A DNA stretch of 13,275 bases from Azolla caroliniana (lineage: Eukaryota > Plantae > Polypodiophyta), in NCBI GenBank assembly GCA_043228905.1, contig JBHGNT010000970.1, positions 1 through 13,275 of the forward strand. Reading direction: 5' to 3'. The position numbers and the translations under genes were made by a program. The notes under the pieces were generated by a model. It was not told where the DNA came from and did no database searches. It saw only the letters and a list, made by a program, of their open reading frames with translations. Position 1 is the stretch's first letter. Each line of letters starts with the position of its first letter. Positions 1 through 9,249 of the stretch are shown one piece after another.

Positions 1-244
1 CCCCAGCTGAAAATCGTTGTGAAAATCCTAAACAAAGGGGTCTCTTGGTGGAACCATTTGGTTGGGAGTAGAAACTCCTTACAGAAAAAGACGAGGAGGA
101 GGAAGAAGAAGAAGAAGTAGTAGGACTGATAGTTTCTCTGTGGAATGGATTAGGTGTAGGGCTCCTCTGACGGAAGATGAAGAAGGAGGAAGATGAAGAA
201 GAGCAGAGGGAACGGCGGCAGAGAGAAGCTCCAAGCACAGGCAT
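1..244 (-). CDS. Partial CDS (first exon, runs off the window) with an N-terminal organellar transit-peptide-like sequence; product unknown
   Basis: ATG at 244-242, then 81 open codons to the window edge: MPVLGASLCRRSLCSSSSSSFFIFRQRSPTPNPFHRETISPTTSSSSSSSSSFSVRSFYSQPNGSTKRPLCLGFSQRFSAG. Ser/Arg-rich with one acidic residue, and preceded by a (CT)n leader on its sense strand. Absent from the ORF track because it has no stop in the window. Confidence 0.7.
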   Translation of the reverse strand, partial: MPVLGASLCRRSLCSSSSSSFFIFRQRSPTPNPFHRETISPTTSSSSSSSSSFSVRSFYSQPNGSTKRPLCLGFSQRFSAG

Positions 245-252
245 GGTTTGAC

Positions 253-348
253 ACAGAGAGGAAGAGAGAGAGAGAGAGAGAGAGAGAGTAATTCACTAGT
301 GTATCTCTCTCTCTCTCTCTCTAATCTCTCTCTCTAATCTCTCTCTAC
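253..348. repeat. Opposed (GA)n and (CT)n microsatellites forming an imperfect inverted repeat
   Basis: GA tract ~253-288, a short spacer containing the palindrome CACTAGTG (294-301), then a CT tract ~305-348. Confidence 0.85.
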
Positions 349-399
349 TCTGTTTCTGTCTGTGGTTTCTAAGCACACAATGTGGAGTTGGAAGGGGTT

Positions 400-443
400 T
401 AGGGTTTTGGATTCTTGTGGGCAGGGAGGGGGGGGGGGGGGGG
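400..443. promoter_or_regulatory. Telo-box (TAGGGTTT) and G16 tract upstream of the minus-strand gene
   Basis: TAGGGTTT at 400-407 and a poly-G run at 428-443, about 160-200 bp upstream of ATG 244. Confidence 0.4.
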
Positions 444-1615
444 CAAGCTCCCATTGATCCAAGTTTGGCCCCCTGTCTCTTAGTTTTAAGTTCATAATCA
501 TAAGTATTCCGGATCGTCTAGGTACATTTCATCAGTGTTCTAATGTTATATTTGTGTACTACTGCGTTTGTTTGTGAGGGGGTTTCAGTTCGTAAATTGG
601 GTCTTACAAATATGTATGTGTGTGTGTGTGTGTGTTCTATGTTCAGGGGGTGGAATTCATTTGATCAGATCAGGGTTTTTACTACCTTTAGGGTTCTGTA
701 GTTCCATATTTGGGTTCATAATCCAGTTGATTGGGAATACTACTTTAGTGTTTAGCAAATCTAGATTTTGGCTAATTGATTGGATTCTTGGGTCTACATT
801 ATCCATTGATTGGATCCCTTGGGTTGTGATCCATTCATTAGATTTTGGGTTTAGAGTCATGTTTTAGTATTTTACAGTTCTCAGATAAGAGATTGATCAA
901 AATTTGATGCTATCTCATGTCTGCAAGCTTGCAAACACAAAAGAGACTTTGGGGTATCATATGGGTCCATCGATCAAGTTATTGGGTTAAGGGTTTTCCA
1001 ATGGTGGATCAAAACACTAAGTGAACTTTTGTTCTATTCCTTTGATAAGATTAAAGATTTAGTACCCACTTATGGATTTGCAAAATTGAGTTTGAGGCAC
1101 TTGGAGGCATTACATTATTTCTTAGGTTTATTCGTTCAAGTTTCAAATCATATCACATGTCAACGTTGACTAGCTCAAGGTATTGATAGACAAACCCATT
1201 CCACATGCATTTTATTCCAGTTATACTATCTCAGTTTTCTGATTTAAAATTACATCCGATCATCAGATTCAATTTACGCTCTGTCATTATCTCGTGGTGA
1301 AGACAATGTTAGTCTCAATACATATTATATGACAAACAAGTTCATCATCAGCTATTCATACCATTTCCAATATAGTTATAAGCTCTCCATGAATTGGGAT
1401 GGCTATGAGGTAGATGATGCACGATCATATGTCTCACAAGGACATCCAGTCCTGTTGATATCCTTACAACATCACCATCAGATGTGCAAATTACCTTATG
1501 TAAATAATCCACATAGGAGAAAGACCACATACTACCATTCACCCACCAAATATATCTTATTAACCAGATGATCAGAATGTTCCCAGTGTATTTGCCCACT
1601 CTCAACACCCAGTTG

Positions 1616-1857
1616 CATTTCAAGTTTAATTCCTTTCCTCACGAATGGCATTTCTTCTCATTCAAGCAACTAACATTTTTAATGAATTGGGTCTTTGACC
1701 ACTGATGGCATTGGCCATTTATTATCTAGAATTTAGAATCAATGAACTAGTACCATTTCCAGTTTAATACCTTCCATCATGAATGACATTTCTTCTCATT
1801 CACACAATTAACATTTTCAATGATTTGGGTCTTGGAACACTGATGGCATTGGCCATT
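1616..1857. repeat. Diverged direct duplication, 2 x 104 bp
   Basis: 1616-1719 and 1754-1857 (offset 138) share CATTTC.AGTTTAAT...CATTTCTTCTCATTCA...TTGGGTCTT...CACTGATGGCATTGGCCATT. Confidence 0.85.
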
Positions 1858-2122
1858 ACTGAGCAGTAGATTATATCACAAACACTTCCTCCTAAGTTTT
1901 GAATCTTTGGATAAAGAGAAACCTTTCAAGTTCTTCAGAAGGGAAACAGCTATTTTATTTAGTACAGCACATAATAATACAAGACCAAATCACAAACACT
2001 TCTTGGGTTTGAAGACAAAATTTCTATATCAATCATCATTATCATTCATCACGTTTAGGAGTTTGTTATGGTTATATTTCTAAGAGATTCTGATGTCTCC
2101 CATATCAAAGTTAAAGAATAAG

Positions 2123-2237
2123 ACAAGTACATACTACAATAATGTGATTGATGTATTTGTCTTATGTAGACAAAGATATGTAAAACAAGTACATACTACA
2201 ATAATGTGATGTATTTGTCTTATGAAGACAAAGATAT
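2123..2237. repeat. Tandem duplication, ~55 bp x 2
   Basis: ACAAGTACATACTACAATAATGTGAT...GTATTTGTCTTATG.AGACAAAGATAT at 2123-2179 and 2185-2237, differing by a 4-bp indel and one substitution. Confidence 0.9.
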
Positions 2238-2831
2238 ATTATAGTAAGCTCAGAGTGAATGAGATACTGTGGTGGCCAAAACATGAGTCAAAAATACAAG
2301 CCCAAGCTCACTGCCATTTACGAATTCAGGTGACGCCAGATATGAGCCAGCACCGAACATTACTGAATGTTTGTTGGCTGCAATAGTAATGAATTAGGAA
2401 GGAAAGAGAGATTTTGACATTAGAAACATTTGCAAATTCTCGGGTATATAACTCGACATCATTACCTTAAAATAAACAGTCAATAAACAAAGTACTCAAT
2501 ATGTGTCACATTAAAGGCATCATACACTTTCAGGATTTTTAGTAACACAAATACATTAATATATAACAGATTCAGCTAGTAACCCCAACAAAAACAGACA
2601 GACATATTACGCTCATCTGCCACCATGATACCATTGTTTCAGTATTACCAAACAATCCAAAACTAGCCTCAACCTTGCAACAAGCCTTTTGTTTTGTTGT
2701 CTTCATCAATTGGCTTAAGTAAGGCACTCAATATAGTGATGATAATCTTCAAACTATTCATTCCAGGGCACACAAAACTAATGTTTCCACATATAGTATA
2801 AAGGGTTTCCTGAACATACATGTTTGTATCT

Positions 2832-2900
2832 TCAAAATCCAGCTCTGGGAGGAGGCCTATCTCCTGCCATGTTCACCCGTAAATTTCTGCCTTGAACATT
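2832..2900 (-). CDS. CP29: cpRNP exon 4 (RRM2 beta4 and C-terminus)
   Basis: Acceptor GTGTGCAG, then NVQGRNLRVNMAGDRPPPRAGF and TGA at 2834-2832. Confidence 0.9.
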   Translation of the reverse strand, partial: NVQGRNLRVNMAGDRPPPRAGF

Positions 2901-5403
2901 CTGCACACACATGTATAAGGCATATAAACATATCACTCCATATAAATAATGGATTGCATAGAATAGTTAAAACATTATTCAAGTGTTAGCTCTGCTGCAT
3001 AAGAGGAAAAGCAAAACACCAGGAGCTTGTTGAGAATTTACCAGAATATCCCTAGGTTTCCAATAATTATCAGAATATGCCTTCATGGTACAGTATTTAA
3101 TATTTGGTTATTCAAGTAATTTGAGGTACTTCCCGAATTTTTAATAGTTATCAGAATACCTTTGTAGCAGTATATTTCATACTACACAGGTACTCTGGTA
3201 ATTATTGCAAACATCGACATATTATGTTAATGTTTTGCAGCTACAAAGTGTATTTCGGGTGTTTGGCCCTACAGTAGATGAGGAAATATTCCAAAGTTCA
3301 GTTCAATTTTTCTTTATTTCTCCAAATGCCCCTATGTAGCACAAAACTGAGTACTTAGAGCAGTATTCTGGTAATTTCTTGAAACCATTTCCAGAAACCT
3401 TAGCAGTATTCTAGTAGATAACAAACAAGTTTGGGGGGGTATTTTGATGTATTGCCATAAATATAAAAAGAAATAAGAAAACAAAACACATACTGCGCCA
3501 TTCATTCTCGTCAATGCTTCATTGGCTTCAGCTTCTGTAGACATAGTAACGAAACCAAAGCCACGTGACCGCCCAGTTTCTCTATCAGTTACAACTTTGC
3601 ACTCTACGACTTTACCATACTTCCCAAATGCTTGTTCCAAAACAGATTGATCAACACCCCACGCAAGATTTCCTACGAACAACTTGTTCGCGTTGTCGTC
3701 AAATTGTGGTGGTGGGGGACCTGCGTTCATTGGTCGCATCGCAAATATAACTTTCAAGGGCCTCCCATCATGATCCTGCAAAAAGTATAATCTACAGATT
3801 GACCACAGTAACTCATTCAAATCAAGTTACATATAATGAGTTCCAAGAATCTCATAATTGAGCTCAATAGCTCCATCCGAACTGCATTACATACATTCAA
3901 GTCCAACTAGTCTAATAATTTAACAAAATAACTCATTCACATTAAGTTGTAAAAGATAAGCTAAAGTATTCTTATAATTTAACTTGATAAATCTTTCAAC
4001 TTAAGTAATACATAATATAGCTCATTTACTCGTTCCAATTAAGTAGCATACACCAAGTCATTTCATGAATTAAAAGTGATAACTCAAATCCAAGATGAAT
4101 GATATACTTACATTTTCATCTATTACAGGAAAGACTCCGCCTTTGCCTTCGAACATCTGAATGGCAGCCTCAGCTTCCTCAACAGTACCCATAGTCACGA
4201 AGCCAAAGCCACAACTTTTACCTGTCCTTCGCTCACGCAAAACCTGTACAATGGAACATGAATCAGCTGTATAAACTGATTTGGAAGATGATTAATATAT
4301 TCATGAAGATGAAAGATCAAACATTATCAGGATTATAATCTGAATTTTCTCCATATACTTCCATTCTAAGAGAATATCAACCCATTAACATTCTCTAGGA
4401 CTACATAAAAGAGGAAGCAGCAAAATCATTCCAACTTAAAGCACAGAAGGTGGAGAAATTTGCATGTGACCAAGCTAAAACTTGCTTACAGAAATTATTT
4501 TCAAAGAAAGTAAAATCAACTACACCTCGTCTACATGAGGTTTGATAACCTTTCTATAATAAAGAAACACGAAATGCTGTGAAGAAAAATGCATGTGGCC
4601 CCAAAATAGGGAAAGAAAAGTATTTGAATTCATCTATAGCTAATCCACGAATCTAATCTAATCTTCTGCCAATGAGTAAAGAAAAATTTACAGGAGGCAA
4701 AAGCAATCCCTAGGAAATACTCGATTACTTGAAATCCTCTTGTTTCAAGTAACTGGATGACAAGAAGCTTTGATGTTCTCTCTTCCGGATTCAGCAAAGA
4801 ACAAGAGAACCTTCACGAGAAGTGTGTGCAGAAGCTTCAATGAATCCATCTTTACCAGAGAAGAAGGAATTTGAGAAATGAAAGGAAAGTGTGGTAGTGT
4901 CTTAGGAAGACAAGGATTTGTACACAAATCTGTTAATTCTAAAGGAAAGAGAGAACCATCCAATCAAAATAGAAAAAACCATAGCTTACCTCGACCTCAT
5001 CGACCCGCCCAGCCTTACTAAACTCTGCTTTCAGAGTCTCGTCTGTGCAACTATTCGGTAAGTTCCCGACGTAGAGCTTCATATCGTCAGGGTCTCTTTC
5101 AGGAGACGAAACCTGATCGTTCTGAGACGATCCATCAACAGATACATCAGAGACTTCGCTGCTAGTAGCTTGAAGCTGAGGAGAAACACAATATTTCCGG
5201 AGCAATGGGACGGCGATGGGCGATGGGACCCTTGCGGAAGAAGATGATGAACAAAGGGACAAAGGAAAGGATGAAGGAGGAGAATATACGGTCGAGGTAG
5301 ATACAGATAGGGTCCGCAGAAGATGGAGCTGTTTAGTGATGGAGAAGAGCTTGATGCGGGCAGCAGAAGAAGCGGTGAGAGAGGAGAGACAGGCAGAAGC
5401 CAT
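2832..5403 (-). CDS. CP29: Chloroplast RNA-binding protein (cpRNP, CP29/CP31 family): transit peptide, short acidic region and two RRMs, ~298 aa, 4 exons
   Basis: complement(join(2832..2900, 3494..3775, 4112..4243, 4990..5403)). All three introns are GT-AG and phase 0. RNP2 motifs LYVGNL and LFVGNL, RNP1 motifs CGFGFVTM and RGFGFVTM, an NAGPPPP linker and a C-terminus GRNLRVNMAGDRPPPRAGF*. The CP29 versus CP31 assignment is tentative. Confidence 0.92.
3494..3775 (-). CDS. CP29: cpRNP exon 3 (end of RRM1, linker, most of RRM2)
   Basis: Acceptor TTTTTGCAG, then DHDGRPLKV...KLFVGNLAWGVD...RSRGFGFVTMSTEAEANEALTRMNGA (94 codons), then donor GTATGT. Confidence 0.93.
4112..4243 (-). CDS. CP29: cpRNP exon 2 (RRM1 RNP1)
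   Basis: Acceptor TGTACAG, then VLRERRTGKSCGFGFVTMGTVEEAEAAIQMFEGKGGVFPVIDEN (44 codons), then donor GTAAGT at 4111. The 3' boundary is less certain (see findings). Confidence 0.85.
4990..5403 (-). CDS. CP29: cpRNP exon 1 (transit peptide, acidic region, start of RRM1)
   Basis: MASACLSSLTASSAARIKLF...MKLYVGNLPNSCTDETLKAEFSKAGRVDEVE, 138 codons, followed by the donor GTAAGC at 4989. Confidence 0.92.
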
Positions 5404-5557
5404 GGCCGAGAAGAGGACGGTACGCATAGGTAATGGAGATATGCGAGGAGAAAAGGGCAAGAGTCAGATAAACAGAGAGAGGCTATCCTTCTTTCTTTCT
5501 TTCTCTGTGCAGGAGGAGGAAAATCCCAGTGGACGGCAGAGACAGAGACGTAAACGG

Positions 5558-6025
5558 AAACCCTAAAAGGACAGACACAGGGGGCAGAAACCCTAATACT
5601 CTCCAGGAGGCTAAAACCCTAAAAGGACAGACACAGGGGGCAGAAACCCTAATACTCTCCAGGAGGCTAAAACCCTAAAAGGACAGACACAGGGGGCAGA
5701 AACCCTAAATACTCTCCAGGAGGCTAAAACCCTAAAAGGACAGACACAGGGGGCAGAAACCCTAAATACTCTCCAGGAGGCTAAAACCCTAAAAGGACAG
5801 ACACAGGGGGCAGAAACCCTAAATACTCTCCAGGAGGCTAAAACCCTAAAAGGACAGACACAGGGGGCAGAAACCCTAAATACTCTCCAGGAGGCTAAAA
5901 CCCTAAAAGGACAGACACAGGGGGCAGAAACCCTACTAAATACTCTCCAGGAGGCTAAAACCCTAAAAGGACAGACACAGGGGGCAGAAACCCTACTAAA
6001 TACTCTCCAGGAGGCTAAAACCCTA
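5558..6025. repeat. Minisatellite of 8 near-identical 56-60 bp units, each with two telo-boxes (AAACCCTA), in the cpRNP promoter
   Basis: Unit AAACCCTAAAAGGACAGACACAGGGGGCAGAAACCCTA(A/AA/CTAAA)TACTCTCCAGGAGGCTA starts at 5558, 5614, 5670, 5727, 5784, 5841, 5898 and 5958, with a final AAACCCTA at 6018. Confidence 0.97.
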
Positions 6026-6119
6026 GGCCTTCCTTGATGATTAGATTAGATTAGGGTTTAGGATTATAGAGCAGAACAGAAAACAGAACAGGGCAGGGCA
6101 GGAGGAGGAGGAAGGGAGG

Positions 6120-6390
6120 CCATTTCAGACTCACTCTCTGCGTTTTGTCCGGACAAAACACAGCCCATTTCAGACTCACCCTGGTATTTTTTGTCCGGAC
6201 AAACCCCCCCCCCCCCCCCGAGTTTTGTCCGGATAAAACTGACCCCACCCCATTAGGATTGATTATATGTATAATAAGCTCGGCAGAGGGAAGGAAAGGG
6301 AGACCATTTCAGGCTCACCTTGCGTTTTTGTCCGGACAAAACACAACCCATTTCAGTCTCGCCCTTCGTGTTATGTCCGGACAAAACACA
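6120..6390. repeat. Cluster of five TTTGTCCGGACAAA-type palindromes within ~45-bp degenerate repeats
   Basis: Palindromes at 6142-6159 (perfect 18 bp), 6190-6203, 6221-6240, 6326-6341 and 6368-6389. Four are preceded by CCATTTCAG.CTC. There is a C16 tract at 6204-6219. Confidence 0.9.
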
Positions 6391-6447
6391 CTCCACCACC
6401 ACCACACACACACACACAAAATAGAGTACATGCTTGTTGGTGGTACA

Positions 6448-7081
6448 TAACAATCGGCAACGGTTTGGTTTAGTTTGAGAGGGTCCAAACCAAACCGTTT
6501 AAAAGTTTGAAAACCTGAACTGAACTGATCCGAACCACGAAACCGTTAAACCGATCCATTAAATTTTTTTTCAAATCGTTACGCTATTAAACCAATAAAA
6601 CCGTGATTTTGTGGTTTGGTTTCGGTTTATTATTTTATTTTTAAATTTAAAGATTTTTCTAATGTGAAAATAAGGCATGAAAATGAAAAGATTGTTTAAA
6701 AATAATAAAAAACTGTTAAACTGTTATGAACTCATGTTATACTTATCTTAGTTTTAAACTCTAGTTAAGAAGACTTCATGATGTAAATAGTATGCATGCA
6801 TGCATCTCATCATCTTGTGAGTCATAAAACTTATGTATCTCAATCATTTTGAAGATATGGAGATGAGCATAGCCTATGAGCTCTATCTACATATTGTATT
6901 GTGATCTTGATTAATATCTAATCACTCTTTGATCTTACTTAATCACTCTATTCTATAGCATAAACTGCGATTTCTAATTGTTAAAACCGAAACGAACCGA
7001 ACCGTTTAAAAAAAACCCGAGATGAGCCGTTTAAACCGTTATCCACGGTTCGGTTCGGTTCCGAACCGTTGCCGATTGTTA
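6448..7081. mobile_element. Non-autonomous hAT-type DNA transposon (MITE), 634 bp
   Basis: TIR TAACAATCGGCAACGGTT(T/C)GG, 20/21 match between ends. 8-bp TSD GTGGTACA (6440-6447) / GTGGCACA (7082-7089). Many subterminal AAACCG/CGGTTT motifs and an AT-rich non-coding core. Confidence 0.9.
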
Positions 7082-7263
7082 GTGGCACATTTCATGATAT
7101 AAGTAAGTAACGAGGGTTTTTGTTTGTCTGTTCGGTTTGATACATGATACATGAGCTGTTTACTTCTGCATATTCTGCATTTGCTCCAAACAAGGATTTG
7201 AACCTAGGGATGGATTTGGATGGATTGGATCGATGGGGTCCAGAAGAAGAAGCTGATGATGAT

Positions 7264-7720
7264 GATGGTGTTGAAATCTTGATGATCTTACAGGGAGGTA
7301 TGACTGACACACAGATCTCTCTCTCTCTCTCTCTCTCTCTTGCTGTTTTTTCAATGGCATCTACAGATAACAAACACAACAGAAGGAAAGAAGATGATAA
7401 TGGTGGTGATGATGATGATGATGATGTTACAGAGAGACAGAGAGAGGTATGACTGATACAGAGACTTATCTCTCTCTCTCTTTCTCTTGTTGTTTTTTTC
7501 CCAAAGGCATTCTCATCTCATCATCTACAGGTAACAGACACAAAGAGACACAGAAACAAGAGAAGGAAAGAGGAAGATAATGGTGTTGAAATCTTGATGA
7601 TGTTATAGAGAGACAGAGAGGTATGACTTGACACAGAGAATTCTCTCTCTCTCTTGCTGTTTTTTCAAAGGCATCTCATCTACAGATACACAGAAACAAG
7701 AGAAGAAAGAGGAAGATAGA
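7264..7720. repeat. Three degenerate 150-175 bp tandem units containing (GAT)n and (CT)n tracts
   Basis: The anchor GAGGTATGACT occurs at 7295, 7444 and 7618. Each is followed by a CT tract, TTG(C/T)TGTTTTT, GGCAT, TCTACAG and AGAAG(G/A)AAG. GGTGTTGAAATCTTGATGAT recurs in copies 1 and 3. Confidence 0.8.
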
Positions 7721-8423
7721 TACCTAGATCTCGCATCGCAATCGGGTCTCCGAATCCAAGTAAGCCCTCAAAACTTGGAGTTATTTGTTGTTTTGCTGTT
7801 TTTTTCTTTTCTTTTCCTGTTTTCTACTCCCCCACAACTTTGAGCAGAACTAGCTCAAATCCATGGTTCCTTGTTTCTTCTTCCTCCCCTTAATTCAAAT
7901 ACACCTCCACAACCCACCAAGAAACACTCAATTGTCTCCCTAACATTTGAACTCTAAATTTTCTTCATTGTTTTACTTCTGAATTAATTACACATGGCAT
8001 GGCTCTGACGACAAATACTTCTTTTGTTGCTTGTCCCAACCATTCCTGCAGTGAATGATCTTAGGATGGAATTCTAGTTATTATTGATGGGACTTATGTG
8101 TCGAAACATGGGACTGTTTGCTCATCATAAATTTGATTGGGTCTTTGAAGGATTATGTCTTCTATGTTTAGGCAGCATTATCAGTCTTATCACACAATGC
8201 ATCATGCTAAGGCTGAAATTTGACTGAGGATATTGCCCTGTTATTTTAGAAAAAATCTTATGCAAACCGATACTGCGAATTGAAATCCAAAATGACTGAT
8301 ATGAAACAATCTTACACCGACCTATAAACAAAGTACGTACCATATATGATCATGCTATAGTTGAATATCGTCATGTATCTACCTTTCCTAGTATGTAGCA
8401 TATATAGTTTTGTTATGACTATT

Positions 8424-8465
8424 TATGACTATAACAGAACTATATATGACTATAACAGAACTATA
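8424..8465. repeat. Perfect 21-bp tandem duplication
   Basis: TATGACTATAACAGAACTATA x2. Confidence 0.9.
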
Positions 8466-9249
8466 TGTGCTACAGTTTAAGTCACCCTGTTTACATGGAT
8501 CAACATAAAGAACCACACTTTTTGAGCCCTCAAAATTCTTGTATGTCAGGCCTTGATCGTACAATCTTTGATTTGGAATCAGGAGTTTCATTTGTTTGTT
8601 GATGCCTTAGACATCGTCATCAACAACATGCTCATACAGTTTTAAGATATGAAATTGTATCAGCTAGTTGGTGACTGTCACAAGCAAAAAAGAACTATTC
8701 AACCAAGGCCTATGAACCATTATTTGGCATGAACTATAACATGACCAACTTGTCACTAGATGATAGATCAAAAGGTCCTGTTCCACTCCCTATACCTCCC
8801 AGTCAAGACAATACTCATGGACAAGTTGGTTCACTATGTGCTCATAATCCAAGAGTTTATGTTTGCGATTTCCCACATGATTGGCACTTAGCACATAGTG
8901 GTCTACTACATCTAGCAAGTAGAGCTGGCTTGGCACTATGGCTAATGACAACTTCCCGGATGCTTCCATCCTTGTGATTTGCACCACGAACATGATCACC
9001 ACCAGTCGTGGAACTCTAGACTAGTGGATTATTCAACGAATCATATTTTTAATAGTCAGATTCTCAACTGTGTGTCCCATTCTTGAGCTTGTGGTCCATC
9101 CATAATAGAGTGGATAGATGTTGATTGATCTGTCTCACAACAAACATTAAAATCTCTCATTAATAAACCCGGTGTACTGTTATCAAGCACCGGGTTTAGA
9201 GATCTCCATAACAACTTTCGTTCTTGTGAAACATTCAGTGCGCATCATT

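Noticed and set aside
1329-1623. ORFs 1329-1571 (+) and 1348-1623 (-)
   Set aside because: No recognisable motifs, and I could not build a phase-consistent splice model.
2346-2378. Small imperfect hairpin GCCAGC..AACATT/AATGTT..GTTGGC
   Set aside because: It is too short for a miRNA precursor and compatible with chance.
3332-3493. C-terminal extension of ORF 3332-3820
   Set aside because: It is read-through into intron 3. The RRM is completed by exon 4 at 2900-2832.
5404-5460. Upstream in-frame start given by the ORF track (MPFSPRISPLPMRTVLFSA)
   Set aside because: ATG 5403 has a better context (GCCATGGC) and gives the typical MAS- transit peptide start. The track start at 5460 is a TTG. 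The in-frame ATG at 5427 cannot be fully excluded.
5216-5566. 116-aa plus-strand E/R-rich ORF
   Set aside because: It is the antisense shadow of the Ser-rich transit peptide and 5' UTR of the cpRNP gene.
5558-6025. CRISPR-like array, telomere tract or telomerase RNA template
   Set aside because: The units are identical with no unique spacers, no cas genes are present and the context is eukaryotic. The AAACCCT motifs are isolated rather than tandem heptamers, and I saw no USE/TATA Pol III promoter.
6051-6473. Four short overlapping ORFs
   Set aside because: They are products of the palindromic repeats and C/CA tracts, with no protein-like features.
7092-7843. Acidic or low-complexity ORFs (7144-7452 and others)
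   Set aside because: They are explained by (GAT)n and (CT)n microsatellites in the triplicated module.
8125-9002. Short ORFs and a Cys-rich minus-strand patch (RCSRPLCAKCQSCGK)
   Set aside because: They are interrupted by stops and match no family I recognise. They may be very old TE or gene debris, and BLASTX would be needed to say more.
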